Virus record (IMG/VR): IMGVR_UViG_3300036792_000267 | Location: 32,001-96,000 of that record | Direction: 5' to 3' (one strand) | Source of the DNA: a virus | Length of the DNA stretch: 64,000 bases | Part shown: positions 47,835 to 56,230 of the stretch, in pieces | Layout: each line of letters begins with the position of its first letter | Position numbering within the stretch: position 1 is the first letter of the stretch | Made by a program: the position numbers and the translations under genes | The notes under the pieces: generated by a model | Database searches by the model: none | Seen by the model: the letters and a program-made list of their open reading frames with translations, nothing else | Told to the model about the DNA's origin: nothing

Positions 47835-48097
47835 CCGCCGTGGAGGAGATCGAGGTCCGCTGCCCGGTCCCGGTGCAATTGCCGAACGGGCACAGCCTGC
47901 CCGGCAGGCTGCTGATGAAGCTGCTGGTACGGGGCGAGTTCCCGTCGTTCGTGCACCCGGACAACCTTATTGAGCTGGCTTGCGACGAGTGCCGGGTGCA
48001 GTTGCGCAAGCGGGGTGTCAGCGTGAACCGGGTGCTGCACAGGTACGACCTCGCCGGGCAGCTTGTGGAGACACTGACTGACGGCGAGGTGATTTGA
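47831..48097 (+). CDS. Small hypothetical protein
   Basis: GTGA-coupled; RCP...CDEC. Confidence 0.55.
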   Translation: MTAVEEIEVRCPVPVQLPNGHSLPGRLLMKLLVRGEFPSFVHPDNLIELACDECRVQLRKRGVSVNRVLHRYDLAGQLVETLTDGEVI

Positions 48098-48125
48098 ATG
48101 TAGCCTCACGACCGGAGGCGATTTA

Positions 48126-48584
48126 ATGAACGACCGGAGACTAAGGCTCGCTGACGAGGCCTCGGAAACCAGGCCGGAGGCCCTGCCCATCAAGCAGGTC
48201 AAGTGCCGGGCGGGCCACCACAAGTTCGCGATGGACGACTGGGAGCCGCCAGCTGCCATCCCCCGCGGGGTGAGCGTGATGTTCGCCAGCGAGGGCCGGT
48301 ACAAGCTGATGGAGCCGTGCCTGTCCTGCATGGCGGCGACCCGGGTGACTTACACGCACCCTGGCGGCGGCATCGACGGGTTCCTGAAATCCGGCATCGT
48401 CTACGGCTCCAACTGGGTGCGGATGGCCATGAGCCAGCCGCGCGGCCGGCGGGTCATGCGCGATGAGCGCTGCCGCCGCGGGGCGGCGCAGTTGCGGGAC
48501 TTCATCGGCCGGGCTGTCACGGACCTGGCTGAGCCTGATGACCCGCGGTCCGCGGTCGCCCCGGTGCAGTTCAGGAGCGTCTAG
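48126..48584 (+). CDS. Hypothetical protein
   Basis: GGAGG RBS; CRAGHH...CLSC. Confidence 0.55.
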   Translation: MNDRRLRLADEASETRPEALPIKQVKCRAGHHKFAMDDWEPPAAIPRGVSVMFASEGRYKLMEPCLSCMAATRVTYTHPGGGIDGFLKSGIVYGSNWVRMAMSQPRGRRVMRDERCRRGAAQLRDFIGRAVTDLAEPDDPRSAVAPVQFRSV

Positions 48585-49069
48585 TGCAGACGGTCGAGGT
48601 CAAGCTCTGGGACGACCTGCATCACCGGCAGGACAGGGAGAAGGTCCCCGCTGAGGTCCAGGTAGAACTGACGTACAGGACCGAGAAGGTTTCTAAGTGC
48701 GTCCGGCTGGACCTGACTGCCGCGCACGGTGATGAGCTGGCTAAGCTGCTCGCCCCCTACCTGGCGGCTGGCCAGTCCCCCGAGGCCGAGGACAGCGCGC
48801 GCGAGGTAAAAAGCGGCGGCAAGATCCGTCGCGGCCCTCCGGGCGGCCCTGGCGGGTCGGCGGCGCGGAAGTGGCGCGAGAACCTGCGCGCGTGGTCGGA
48901 CGGCCTGGGGCTGGTCAACCGGGATGACCCGGGCTACCCTGCCTGGCAGACCACTAGCGGCAAGCACTACTACCCGGCTGACCTGGAGGACGCGTTCATC
49001 CTGCACAAGGACGGGCACGAGGAAGAGGCGCTGGCGCTGGTCGCGAAGTTCAAGCCGCAGGCCGCTTAG
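48584..49069 (+). CDS. lsr2: Lsr2-like nucleoid-associated protein
   Basis: V.L.DDL, LDLT..H...L...LAPYLAAG dimerisation domain; LRAW C-terminal domain (divergent). Confidence 0.65.
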   Translation: MQTVEVKLWDDLHHRQDREKVPAEVQVELTYRTEKVSKCVRLDLTAAHGDELAKLLAPYLAAGQSPEAEDSAREVKSGGKIRRGPPGGPGGSAARKWRENLRAWSDGLGLVNRDDPGYPAWQTTSGKHYYPADLEDAFILHKDGHEEEALALVAKFKPQAA

Positions 49070-49315
49070 TTGGGCGGGATGCGGTTCATGCCCGCGGGAG
49101 TGCACCGCGAGCGGCAGGGCGATGACTGGTACGTCATCTGGCTGGGCCCGGCCCGCGCCGAGGGCAGCATCGTCATCGGCCGGACTAAGCGGCTGAGACG
49201 GCACCTGTGGCACCGCTGCTTCCCTGAGTCAGGTGCCGCCTGCCGGGAAGTGAAAGGGCACGTAGCCGGCATCGAGTGGCTGCTGGAGGTGCACAGGCAG
49301 TCCGATTAGGCGGGC

Positions 49316-49906
49316 GTGCACTACCGAGCCGTGCCCGGCTGGCCAGCGCCCATTGTGGTAGCCCGGCCACGGCCAGGGGACTTCTGCTGCGTCCCCGTCA
49401 GCGGCCCGGTGGGCCTCGGCATCACCGTCGGCCAGTGGCTGGACGGCGACGCGTTCCAGTTCTACGACCACACCGAGATCTACATCGGCAAGGCGGATGC
49501 CGCCGGGCCCTACGGTTACACGGTCAGCGCCTACCCGGACGGCCACGGCAAGCGGCCCCTGCCCTGCCCGTCGTGGCAGCTGCCCGGCTCGCTGTGGTCA
49601 TCCGGGCTGGTCGACCTGACCGGCGCGCAGCGGACCGGCATCACCGCCTGGGCGATGGCGCACCAGGACACCACCTACTCGTTCCTGGACTACGGCGCGC
49701 TGGCGCTGCACGCGCTGCACGTCCCGGCCCCTGGCCTGCGCGAGTTCATAAAAAGCACCGGGCACATGATTTGCGGCCAGTGGACGGACGCGGGCTACCG
49801 CTTTGGCGGCGAGGTGCAGCTTTTCGATGACAAGCGCTGGGAGGGCTACGTCAAGCCAGGCGATTTGGCCAAGCTCCTGCAAGCCCGGCTCGTCCAGGCG
49901 GCTTAG
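49316..49906 (+). CDS. Permuted papain-like (YaeF/NlpC-P60) amidase
   Basis: PGD, H..IYIG, Y...MICGQ, KPGDL. Confidence 0.7.
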   Translation: MHYRAVPGWPAPIVVARPRPGDFCCVPVSGPVGLGITVGQWLDGDAFQFYDHTEIYIGKADAAGPYGYTVSAYPDGHGKRPLPCPSWQLPGSLWSSGLVDLTGAQRTGITAWAMAHQDTTYSFLDYGALALHALHVPAPGLREFIKSTGHMICGQWTDAGYRFGGEVQLFDDKRWEGYVKPGDLAKLLQARLVQAA

Positions 49907-49986
49907 CGGTTTCCCCTGCGGCCTCCGTGATCTTGGTGTTACCGTCGCGGAACCCGCACCTGACGCCAGCATGCCCGGGAGATGCC

Positions 49987-50535
49987 ATGTACGCACTGCC
50001 CCCCGCCACCGTTACCGTGCACCCCGGCGACACGCTGTCAGCCATCGCCGGCCGCGCCTGCGGCGACCCGGCCGACTACCTCGCCCTGGCCTACAACAAC
50101 GACGTGGCCAACCCTGACCTCATCTACGCCGGGCAGGTTTTCCAGGTGGCCTGCCAGGCCGCCGCCCAGGCCATCGCCGACCGCTATAACCTGCTCGGCA
50201 GTGCCCCGCAGCCTGTCCACTACGCGTCGCAGCCCAGCCAGGCACCGCAGCAGCCCGTGTCCCAGCCTGTGGTGACCTCGGTGTCCGGCACCATCGGCTC
50301 CAGCTCGATGCAGTCGTGCATCATCGCCCGCGAGTCCGGCGGCAACGCGCAGGCCGTGAACCCGTCTTCTGGCGCCGGGGGCCTCTACCAGTTCCTGCCG
50401 TCCACCTGGCAGGCTCTCGGGCACAGCGGCCTGCCCGAGAATGCTTCTGTCGCCGAGCAGAACCAGGCGTACGCGCAGGAGGTCGCGCAGGACGGCTACA
50501 GCGCGTGGACCGCGTACGACGGATGCACCCCTTGA
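49987..50535 (+). CDS. LysM + Rpf-like lytic transglycosylase
   Basis: VHPGDTLSAIA..NPDLIYAGQ; CIIARESGGN..GGLYQFLPSTW..A...EQ. Confidence 0.85.
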   Translation: MYALPPATVTVHPGDTLSAIAGRACGDPADYLALAYNNDVANPDLIYAGQVFQVACQAAAQAIADRYNLLGSAPQPVHYASQPSQAPQQPVSQPVVTSVSGTIGSSSMQSCIIARESGGNAQAVNPSSGAGGLYQFLPSTWQALGHSGLPENASVAEQNQAYAQEVAQDGYSAWTAYDGCTP

Positions 50536-50554
50536 CGTTTGCTAAACTGGAGGC

Positions 50555-51088
50555 GTGAGCAAGAGACTTCCCCCGCTTCCGGTAGGCGAGCGCTTCGGGC
50601 GCTGGACGGTGGCTGGCGAATCCTTCATGAAGGACGCCGGCCACCGTGCTGTCCCCTGTGCCTGTGCGTGCGGTACACGCCAGGATGTCCTCGTATTCAG
50701 CCTGCGTAACGGCACGTCCCAGAGCTGTGGCTGCCTCAAGCGTGAACAGGTGGCGACCCTGGCTCAGCGCACGCTCACGACTCACGGGCGTGCGGGTGGC
50801 GGCGGGGACCCGCTTTACCGGCTGTGGCGGAGGATCAACCGGCGGTGCTATGACCCGAACTCCACGCAGTACCGCTGGTACGGGGCCCGGGGCATCAGTG
50901 TGTGGGAGCCGTGGCGGCATGACGCCGGGGCGTTCATCGCATACATCGAACAGCACCTCGGCCCGCGTCCGGCAGGCATGTCGCTCGACCGTGAGGACAA
51001 CGACGGGAACTACGAGCCTGGCAACCTGCGCTGGGCTACTCAGTACGAACAGGTGCACAACAGCCGGAGAGTATTGAAGGCGGGTTAA
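50555..51088 (+). CDS. HNH homing endonuclease
   Basis: CACG, SCGC, YGARGI, SLDREDNDGNYEPGNLRWAT. Confidence 0.88.
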   Translation: MSKRLPPLPVGERFGRWTVAGESFMKDAGHRAVPCACACGTRQDVLVFSLRNGTSQSCGCLKREQVATLAQRTLTTHGRAGGGGDPLYRLWRRINRRCYDPNSTQYRWYGARGISVWEPWRHDAGAFIAYIEQHLGPRPAGMSLDREDNDGNYEPGNLRWATQYEQVHNSRRVLKAG

Positions 51089-51152
51089 GCACCCTCCGAT
51101 TGGAAGGGCGAGCCAGGAGTTTGGCTCGCCCTTCACCATGTCTGGAGGCAGC

Positions 51153-51950
51153 ATGCCACGGCAGGCAGGTAAGTACGGACGACTCCCCCCTGACCCCGGC
51201 CGCCGCCGGCTGACCCTGGAGAAGTACCTGGACTCGCGGGTCCAGCTGTCCCGGTCCGGGCTGCCCCCGGTGCCGCTGGCCGCTGACGTCGACCGCGCCA
51301 GCGCGGTGCAGGACTGGCCGGTGTACCTCAACAACGATCTGGGCGATTGCACGATCGCGGCGATCGGCCACATGTACGGCGCGTGGACCGAGTACGCGTC
51401 CAGGGCTGAGGCACTGTTCGCCGACGACCAGATTCAGGCGGTGTACTCGCGCGTCGGCGGTTACGTGCCCGGCGACCCGTCGACTGACAACGGGTGCGTC
51501 ATGCAGGACGTGCTCGCCGACCAGCAGTCCAACGGCATCACCGACCAGGCCGGCAAGCTTCACCAGGTGGCGGGCTACGCGGCGTTCGGCAACCCGGCTG
51601 ACGAGGTACTGCTCGGGCAGGTGCTCGACGTCTTCGGCACCGTGTACGTCGGCATCAACGTCCAGCAGCAGATGGAGACCGAGTTCGCCGGCCAGCAGCC
51701 GTGGACCTGGGACCCGGCCGCGGACACCATCGGCGGCCACGCTATCTGCCTGCAGCGCCGCCTCGGCAGCGGGAACGCGCCGCTTGAGTACGTCACCTGG
51801 GGCGCTCTCCAGCCGGCCACCACCAGCTTCCAGGCGAACGCCGCCGAAGAGGCGTGGGCGGTGGTGACGCAGGACTGGCTGCAGGCCAACGGCACCACCG
51901 TGGAGGGCCTGGACCTGCAGCAGCTGCTCGCGGACATGAGGCACGTCTGA
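51153..51950 (+). CDS. Papain-like cysteine peptidase
   Basis: NDLGDCTIAA, GGHAI, VTWG. Confidence 0.7.
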   Translation: MPRQAGKYGRLPPDPGRRRLTLEKYLDSRVQLSRSGLPPVPLAADVDRASAVQDWPVYLNNDLGDCTIAAIGHMYGAWTEYASRAEALFADDQIQAVYSRVGGYVPGDPSTDNGCVMQDVLADQQSNGITDQAGKLHQVAGYAAFGNPADEVLLGQVLDVFGTVYVGINVQQQMETEFAGQQPWTWDPAADTIGGHAICLQRRLGSGNAPLEYVTWGALQPATTSFQANAAEEAWAVVTQDWLQANGTTVEGLDLQQLLADMRHV

Positions 51951-51953
51951 GTC

Positions 51954-52481
51954 GTGAACGCGACCGCCATCGCCATCCTGGGCGTCGTGGGCGCGCTGCT
52001 GGGCGGCGGTGGCGCAGTCCTGGGCGTCCTCTACGCCAGGGCGCGCAACGCACGAGACGACCTGAAGGCGGAGGTCAAGGCGGCGGAGGCTGCCAAGGCC
52101 GAGCGGGACGCGACGCACGTACTCGCGCAGTCGGCGTATGCCCTGGCCGAAGCGGGACGCACGGAAGCCCGCGGGCTTCGCTCGGAGGTGACAGCTCAAG
52201 ACTCCCGGCTGGCCATCTTGGAATCCAAGATGGACGTCTTTTGGAGAAATGTGGCTTTCGACGTGAGCAAGATTCTGCACAGCCCGCACCCGGGGTGGGA
52301 AGAGCTGGATGCCCTGCTGGAGAAGTTCCAGGCTCGCGACATCACTGACCTGGAAATGGCCGACTTGGAGACCCAGCTGCGGGACATGGTTGAGGGCCGG
52401 TGGGTGCCGACCGAGGTAACGCGCGCGGACCAGGTGGCCGCGAGCCTGCTACTGCGGGCGATTGAGCAGACGAGGGTGTGA
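51954..52481 (+). CDS. Membrane-anchored coiled-coil protein (possible lysis accessory)
   Basis: N-terminal TM helix then coiled coil. Confidence 0.55.
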   Translation: MNATAIAILGVVGALLGGGGAVLGVLYARARNARDDLKAEVKAAEAAKAERDATHVLAQSAYALAEAGRTEARGLRSEVTAQDSRLAILESKMDVFWRNVAFDVSKILHSPHPGWEELDALLEKFQARDITDLEMADLETQLRDMVEGRWVPTEVTRADQVAASLLLRAIEQTRV

Positions 52482-52823
52482 GTGATGCCTGAAGCTGCCG
52501 CGCACAAGCTGCAAGACGTGGTTGACGACATAACCGGGTACAAGCGCCGGACCAGGTGGTGGAGGTGGGGCACGGCCCTGGTCGCCGTGGCCGCCGTCCT
52601 GCTGTACGTCCGGGTGCACCAGAGCCAGATAGACAACTGCGTAGCCGGCAACCAGACCAAGGTCCAGCAGGCGCAGTTGTGGGACACGCTGTTCGACCTG
52701 GCGGCCAAGGGGAGCACCGGGCCGCCGAGCGCGCAGACGCAGAAGCTGACGTCGGAGTTCCTGGGCGACGTCAAGGCTACTTACGCGCCTGTCGACTGCG
52801 CCGCGCGCTACCCGTTCTGGTGA
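52482..52823 (+). CDS. Single-TM membrane protein
   Basis: TM helix; two Cys. Confidence 0.55.
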   Translation: MMPEAAAHKLQDVVDDITGYKRRTRWWRWGTALVAVAAVLLYVRVHQSQIDNCVAGNQTKVQQAQLWDTLFDLAAKGSTGPPSAQTQKLTSEFLGDVKATYAPVDCAARYPFW

Positions 52824-52857
52824 CAGCGCTCTGTTGTCCTTTCCGCGTATTAAAGGT

Positions 52858-53427
52858 ATGGGCAAAAGACTCGACATACCCGTAGGCACGAGATTCGGGA
52901 AGCTGGAAGTCATCGGAGAGGGCGAGCCGAAGGCGTACGGGAAGGACCGGCCGAGCCGCACACTGCGGTGCCGGTGCGAATGCGGGAACGTGGTGGACGT
53001 TACCGTGCGCAAGTTGGTGCACTTGGGCCAGATCTCGTGTAGTCGGTCGTGCGGTAACACCAAGCACGGGCTCGCGCGGCGCAGTACCAGGGACCCTATC
53101 TATAACTGCTGGCAGAGCATCTGGGCACGGACGAACAACCCGAAGGCGACCGGCTACAAGTACTGGGGCGGGCGCGGCATCAGGATGCACGAGCCCTGGA
53201 AAGACCCGGCAGTGTTCAAGGCCGAGGTGGAGGCCGAGATCGGCTTGCGCCCGAGCCAGGACATGAGCGTGGAGCGCATCGACGTTAACGGGCACTACGT
53301 GCCAGGGAACATTATGTGGCTGCCTAAGTCGAAGCAGCCCCTGAGCCGACGTCCTGTCTACAACAGCACGGACGTGGAGGCGATGCTGGCCGCGCACCAC
53401 TGTGCGTGCTGCTCGCGCACCCCTTAA
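52858..53427 (+). CDS. HNH homing endonuclease
   Basis: CRCECG, WGGRGI, SVERIDVNGHYVPGNIMW. Confidence 0.88.
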   Translation: MGKRLDIPVGTRFGKLEVIGEGEPKAYGKDRPSRTLRCRCECGNVVDVTVRKLVHLGQISCSRSCGNTKHGLARRSTRDPIYNCWQSIWARTNNPKATGYKYWGGRGIRMHEPWKDPAVFKAEVEAEIGLRPSQDMSVERIDVNGHYVPGNIMWLPKSKQPLSRRPVYNSTDVEAMLAAHHCACCSRTP

Positions 53428-53484
53428 AAGCACAACCGATTAAACCTCCCGAAGGCGCAACCGGCCATCGGGAGGTCTGTCGTT

Positions 53485-54144
53485 ATGCCGACTGCCAGCA
53501 ACACTTATGCCGGCACCCCGTTCGAGGGCTTTTCGCTGAGCCACGCCGCGATTCTCAACGGCTCTACCGGAGCTGAAGGTGCCACTGTCTACGGCGTGCG
53601 GAACGGCACGATCTCGACGGACCAGGGCAACTTCGAAAACACCGGCGACGACGTCGTGTTGTCCGAACACTTCTGGATAAATTTTGCGAATGTGACCATT
53701 GAAGAGGGTTATATCCCCTTCAGCACGATCGCCTACATCACCGGCACGACGGTCACCAGCTCCGGCGCAGCGGGCGCGGACTACTACGCCATCCCGCTGT
53801 GGACCCTGGCAAGCATGAACCAGGTGACCCAGCCGCTGGCTATCCGCGTGCCGTCCAAGGACGCCGGCGGACAGATCCGGACGCTGGACTTCATCCTGTA
53901 CCGCGTACAGTTCCAGCCGTTCAACTTCACCGGCCCGAGCTACAAGACGGGCCTGAGCTGCAGCATCGCGGGCCGCGCGCTGTTCAGCACTGTCAACGAG
54001 GTCGGCGCGTCGCTGCCTGCCGCTTACGGCGGCACCTCCGGCTCGGCCGGCACCGCCATCGGCCGCCTCGTGTCCCTGCCGGGCACTGAGACGGGCGCGT
54101 TCGTGCCGGAGCCGTTCGGGGCCGGCGGCGGGACGGTGGTCTGA
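53485..54144 (+). CDS. Major tail (tube) protein
   Basis: 219 aa beta-rich; upstream of TAC and tape measure. Confidence 0.75.
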   Translation: MPTASNTYAGTPFEGFSLSHAAILNGSTGAEGATVYGVRNGTISTDQGNFENTGDDVVLSEHFWINFANVTIEEGYIPFSTIAYITGTTVTSSGAAGADYYAIPLWTLASMNQVTQPLAIRVPSKDAGGQIRTLDFILYRVQFQPFNFTGPSYKTGLSCSIAGRALFSTVNEVGASLPAAYGGTSGSAGTAIGRLVSLPGTETGAFVPEPFGAGGGTVV

Positions 54145-54146
54145 CC

Positions 54147-54359
54147 GTGGCAGGCAGGCACCGCAGGAAGGGCGAGGACAAGGCCGCCGAGCCCCTGCCG
54201 GGCACGGCGGCCATGGGCCAGGGCCAGCCAGAGGCCGGGGTGGAAGCCCCGGACGAGGACATGCCCGAGCAGCCGGACAACGTGGTGACCGGCGGCGAGG
54301 CTCTGGAAGAGCAGCAGCGCAACCCCGACCTGGACGACAACAGCGGAGCCCGCCCGTAG
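54147..54359 (+). CDS. Small acidic hypothetical protein
   Basis: 70 aa directly after tail tube gene. Confidence 0.45.
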   Translation: MAGRHRRKGEDKAAEPLPGTAAMGQGQPEAGVEAPDEDMPEQPDNVVTGGEALEEQQRNPDLDDNSGARP

Positions 54360-54493
54360 CTGCGTAAGCTGGCTGTTGGCTGAGGAAGGCCGAGAACGGC
54401 GCGCTTGGGCACAGGGGAGACCCTGAAGCGCGCCGTTCGCATGTCCGCCGATTGTCCCGGCATCAGCCCCGAGAGTCCCTGAGAGGACCCGTT

Positions 54494-55506
54494 ATGCCGG
54501 ATAACAGTGAACTGGATCGTATCGATCCACAGCCGGAGACGTGCAAGCTGTCCACCGGCTTCGAGGTCGACATCGTGCGGATGCGCACCCGCCAGTTCTT
54601 CCGCTTGCTGCGCGTGCTGACCCACGGGGCAGGCCCCGCGCTCACCCAGTCCGGGCTCGACTTCGCGGCCGGAGGCGAGGAGTTCACCCAGAAGCTGCTC
54701 ATGCTCGTGGTGATGTCCATCCCCGACGCCGAGCAGGAGGCCATCGGCTTCCTGGCGTCAATGTGCCGGCCGTCCGGCATCACGGACAAGGCTGCCTCCC
54801 AGCTGACCAAGCAGGAAAACGAGGCCAACCAGGCGCTGTGGACCCGGTTCAACGAGGAGCTGCACAACCCTGACCTGGAGGACACCCTCGACCTGGTTGA
54901 GATTATCGTCCGGCAGGAGTCGCCTGAGCTGCAGGCCCTGGGGAAAAAACTCCAGCGGACGTTCAAGATCTTCCAGGCGACGGGCCAGGACAGGGAGGCC
55001 CCGGAGCCGGAGGCGAGCCCGCAGGAGATCAACTCGCCGGAGCGTTCGCCTCAGCTTTCGACGTCCTCAGCCACGAGTACGGGTGGACCGACGAGTACGT
55101 CCTCGACCTCCCGGTCTGCCGGCTCCGGCAGTGCCTCGAAGCGGCGGGCGCACGCCGGAAGCGAGAGCAGCTAAGCCGCCTGCGGCTGGCCGAATGGCAG
55201 GTGAAGATGGTGTGCCAGTTCATCGGCGCGCAGGCCATGGTGGACACCAAGGCGCACGGCGGCAAGAACCCGCTGGTGGAGCTGGCCGCATCCATCGACA
55301 TCTTCGGCGGCAAGTCCCCCGAGGAGCAGGAGCTTGACCGCATTCGCGGGCCGAAGGTGGCCGACTCGGTTGAGGACGACCCGCGGTTCGGCAAGGTGGC
55401 CGCCGACCCCGACGCCGGCGTGGAGGCCGCGAATGCGAGCGGTTCGTATGAGGCTTTCATGGCCATGATGGGCGGACCGCCGCCTATGCCGGGCCGCGGG
55501 GGGTGA
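54494..55506 (+). CDS. Tail assembly chaperone G (54494-55174) and GT via -1 frameshift
   Basis: GGGGAAAAAAC at 54940-54950; -1 frame open to 55506 with HEYGWTDEYVLDLP motif. Confidence 0.8.
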
Positions 55507-55528
55507 GGGCGTGGGCGTAGTAGTCAGC

Positions 55529-56230
55529 ATGGTACGTAATTCATCAATGCTGTCCGACGAGTCTTGGCTGCGCGAGCGCTACCTCGTTGACGAACTGTCC
55601 ACCACCGCCATTGCGGCGCTGGCCAACTGCTCTCAGGCCACGGTGTGCAACCGGCTGGCCGGGTACGGAATCCCGCGGCGTCCCCGAGGTCGCTTTACGC
55701 AGAGCCGGATCGACGCTGACGGCCGAGAGTGCACGGCTTGCGGTGACTACAAAGCGTGGAACGAGTACTCGCCTAGCAAGCCGACGCAGCCAGGCGGCCG
55801 GTACTCCGTCTGCAAGGTCTGCTGGAACGGCACGCGCGGTGGCGGCCCCGGTAACCGGAATGGCGAGTACCGTGCGTGGGCACTCAAGCGCATGGGCATC
55901 ACGCAAGCCGAGTACGACTGGCTGCTAGCCCTGCAGAAGGGCGTGTGCGCTCTCCATGGTGGCCCGGAGACTAGGAAGGGTGCGCTGTACCTTTCCGTCG
56001 ACCACGACCACAACTGCTGTCCGCCGGTAAAGGTCGGGCAGACCCGGTGCTGCAAGAAGTGCATCCGCGGCCTGCTCTGCCACGACTGCAACCACATGGT
56101 CGGCCTAGCTGAGAAGCTAGGTCAGGCGTGGCGGTTCCCTGATTACCTGGGCTCGCGCCCCTTCATGGGGAAGGGGGTGGTGCTCATGACGCCTTATTCT
56201 GAGCCTCTGAGCCACAGTTGTGGCTTATGA
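55529..56230 (+). CDS. Endonuclease VII-family homing endonuclease with N-terminal HTH
   Basis: WLRERY..LST..IA, LSVDHDHNCC, IRGLLCHDCN. Confidence 0.85.
   Translation: MVRNSSMLSDESWLRERYLVDELSTTAIAALANCSQATVCNRLAGYGIPRRPRGRFTQSRIDADGRECTACGDYKAWNEYSPSKPTQPGGRYSVCKVCWNGTRGGGPGNRNGEYRAWALKRMGITQAEYDWLLALQKGVCALHGGPETRKGALYLSVDHDHNCCPPVKVGQTRCCKKCIRGLLCHDCNHMVGLAEKLGQAWRFPDYLGSRPFMGKGVVLMTPYSEPLSHSCGL

Noticed and set aside
49927-49986. TTA in the 5' extension of the Rpf ORF
   Set aside because: Likely upstream of the real start ATG 49987; no frame break.
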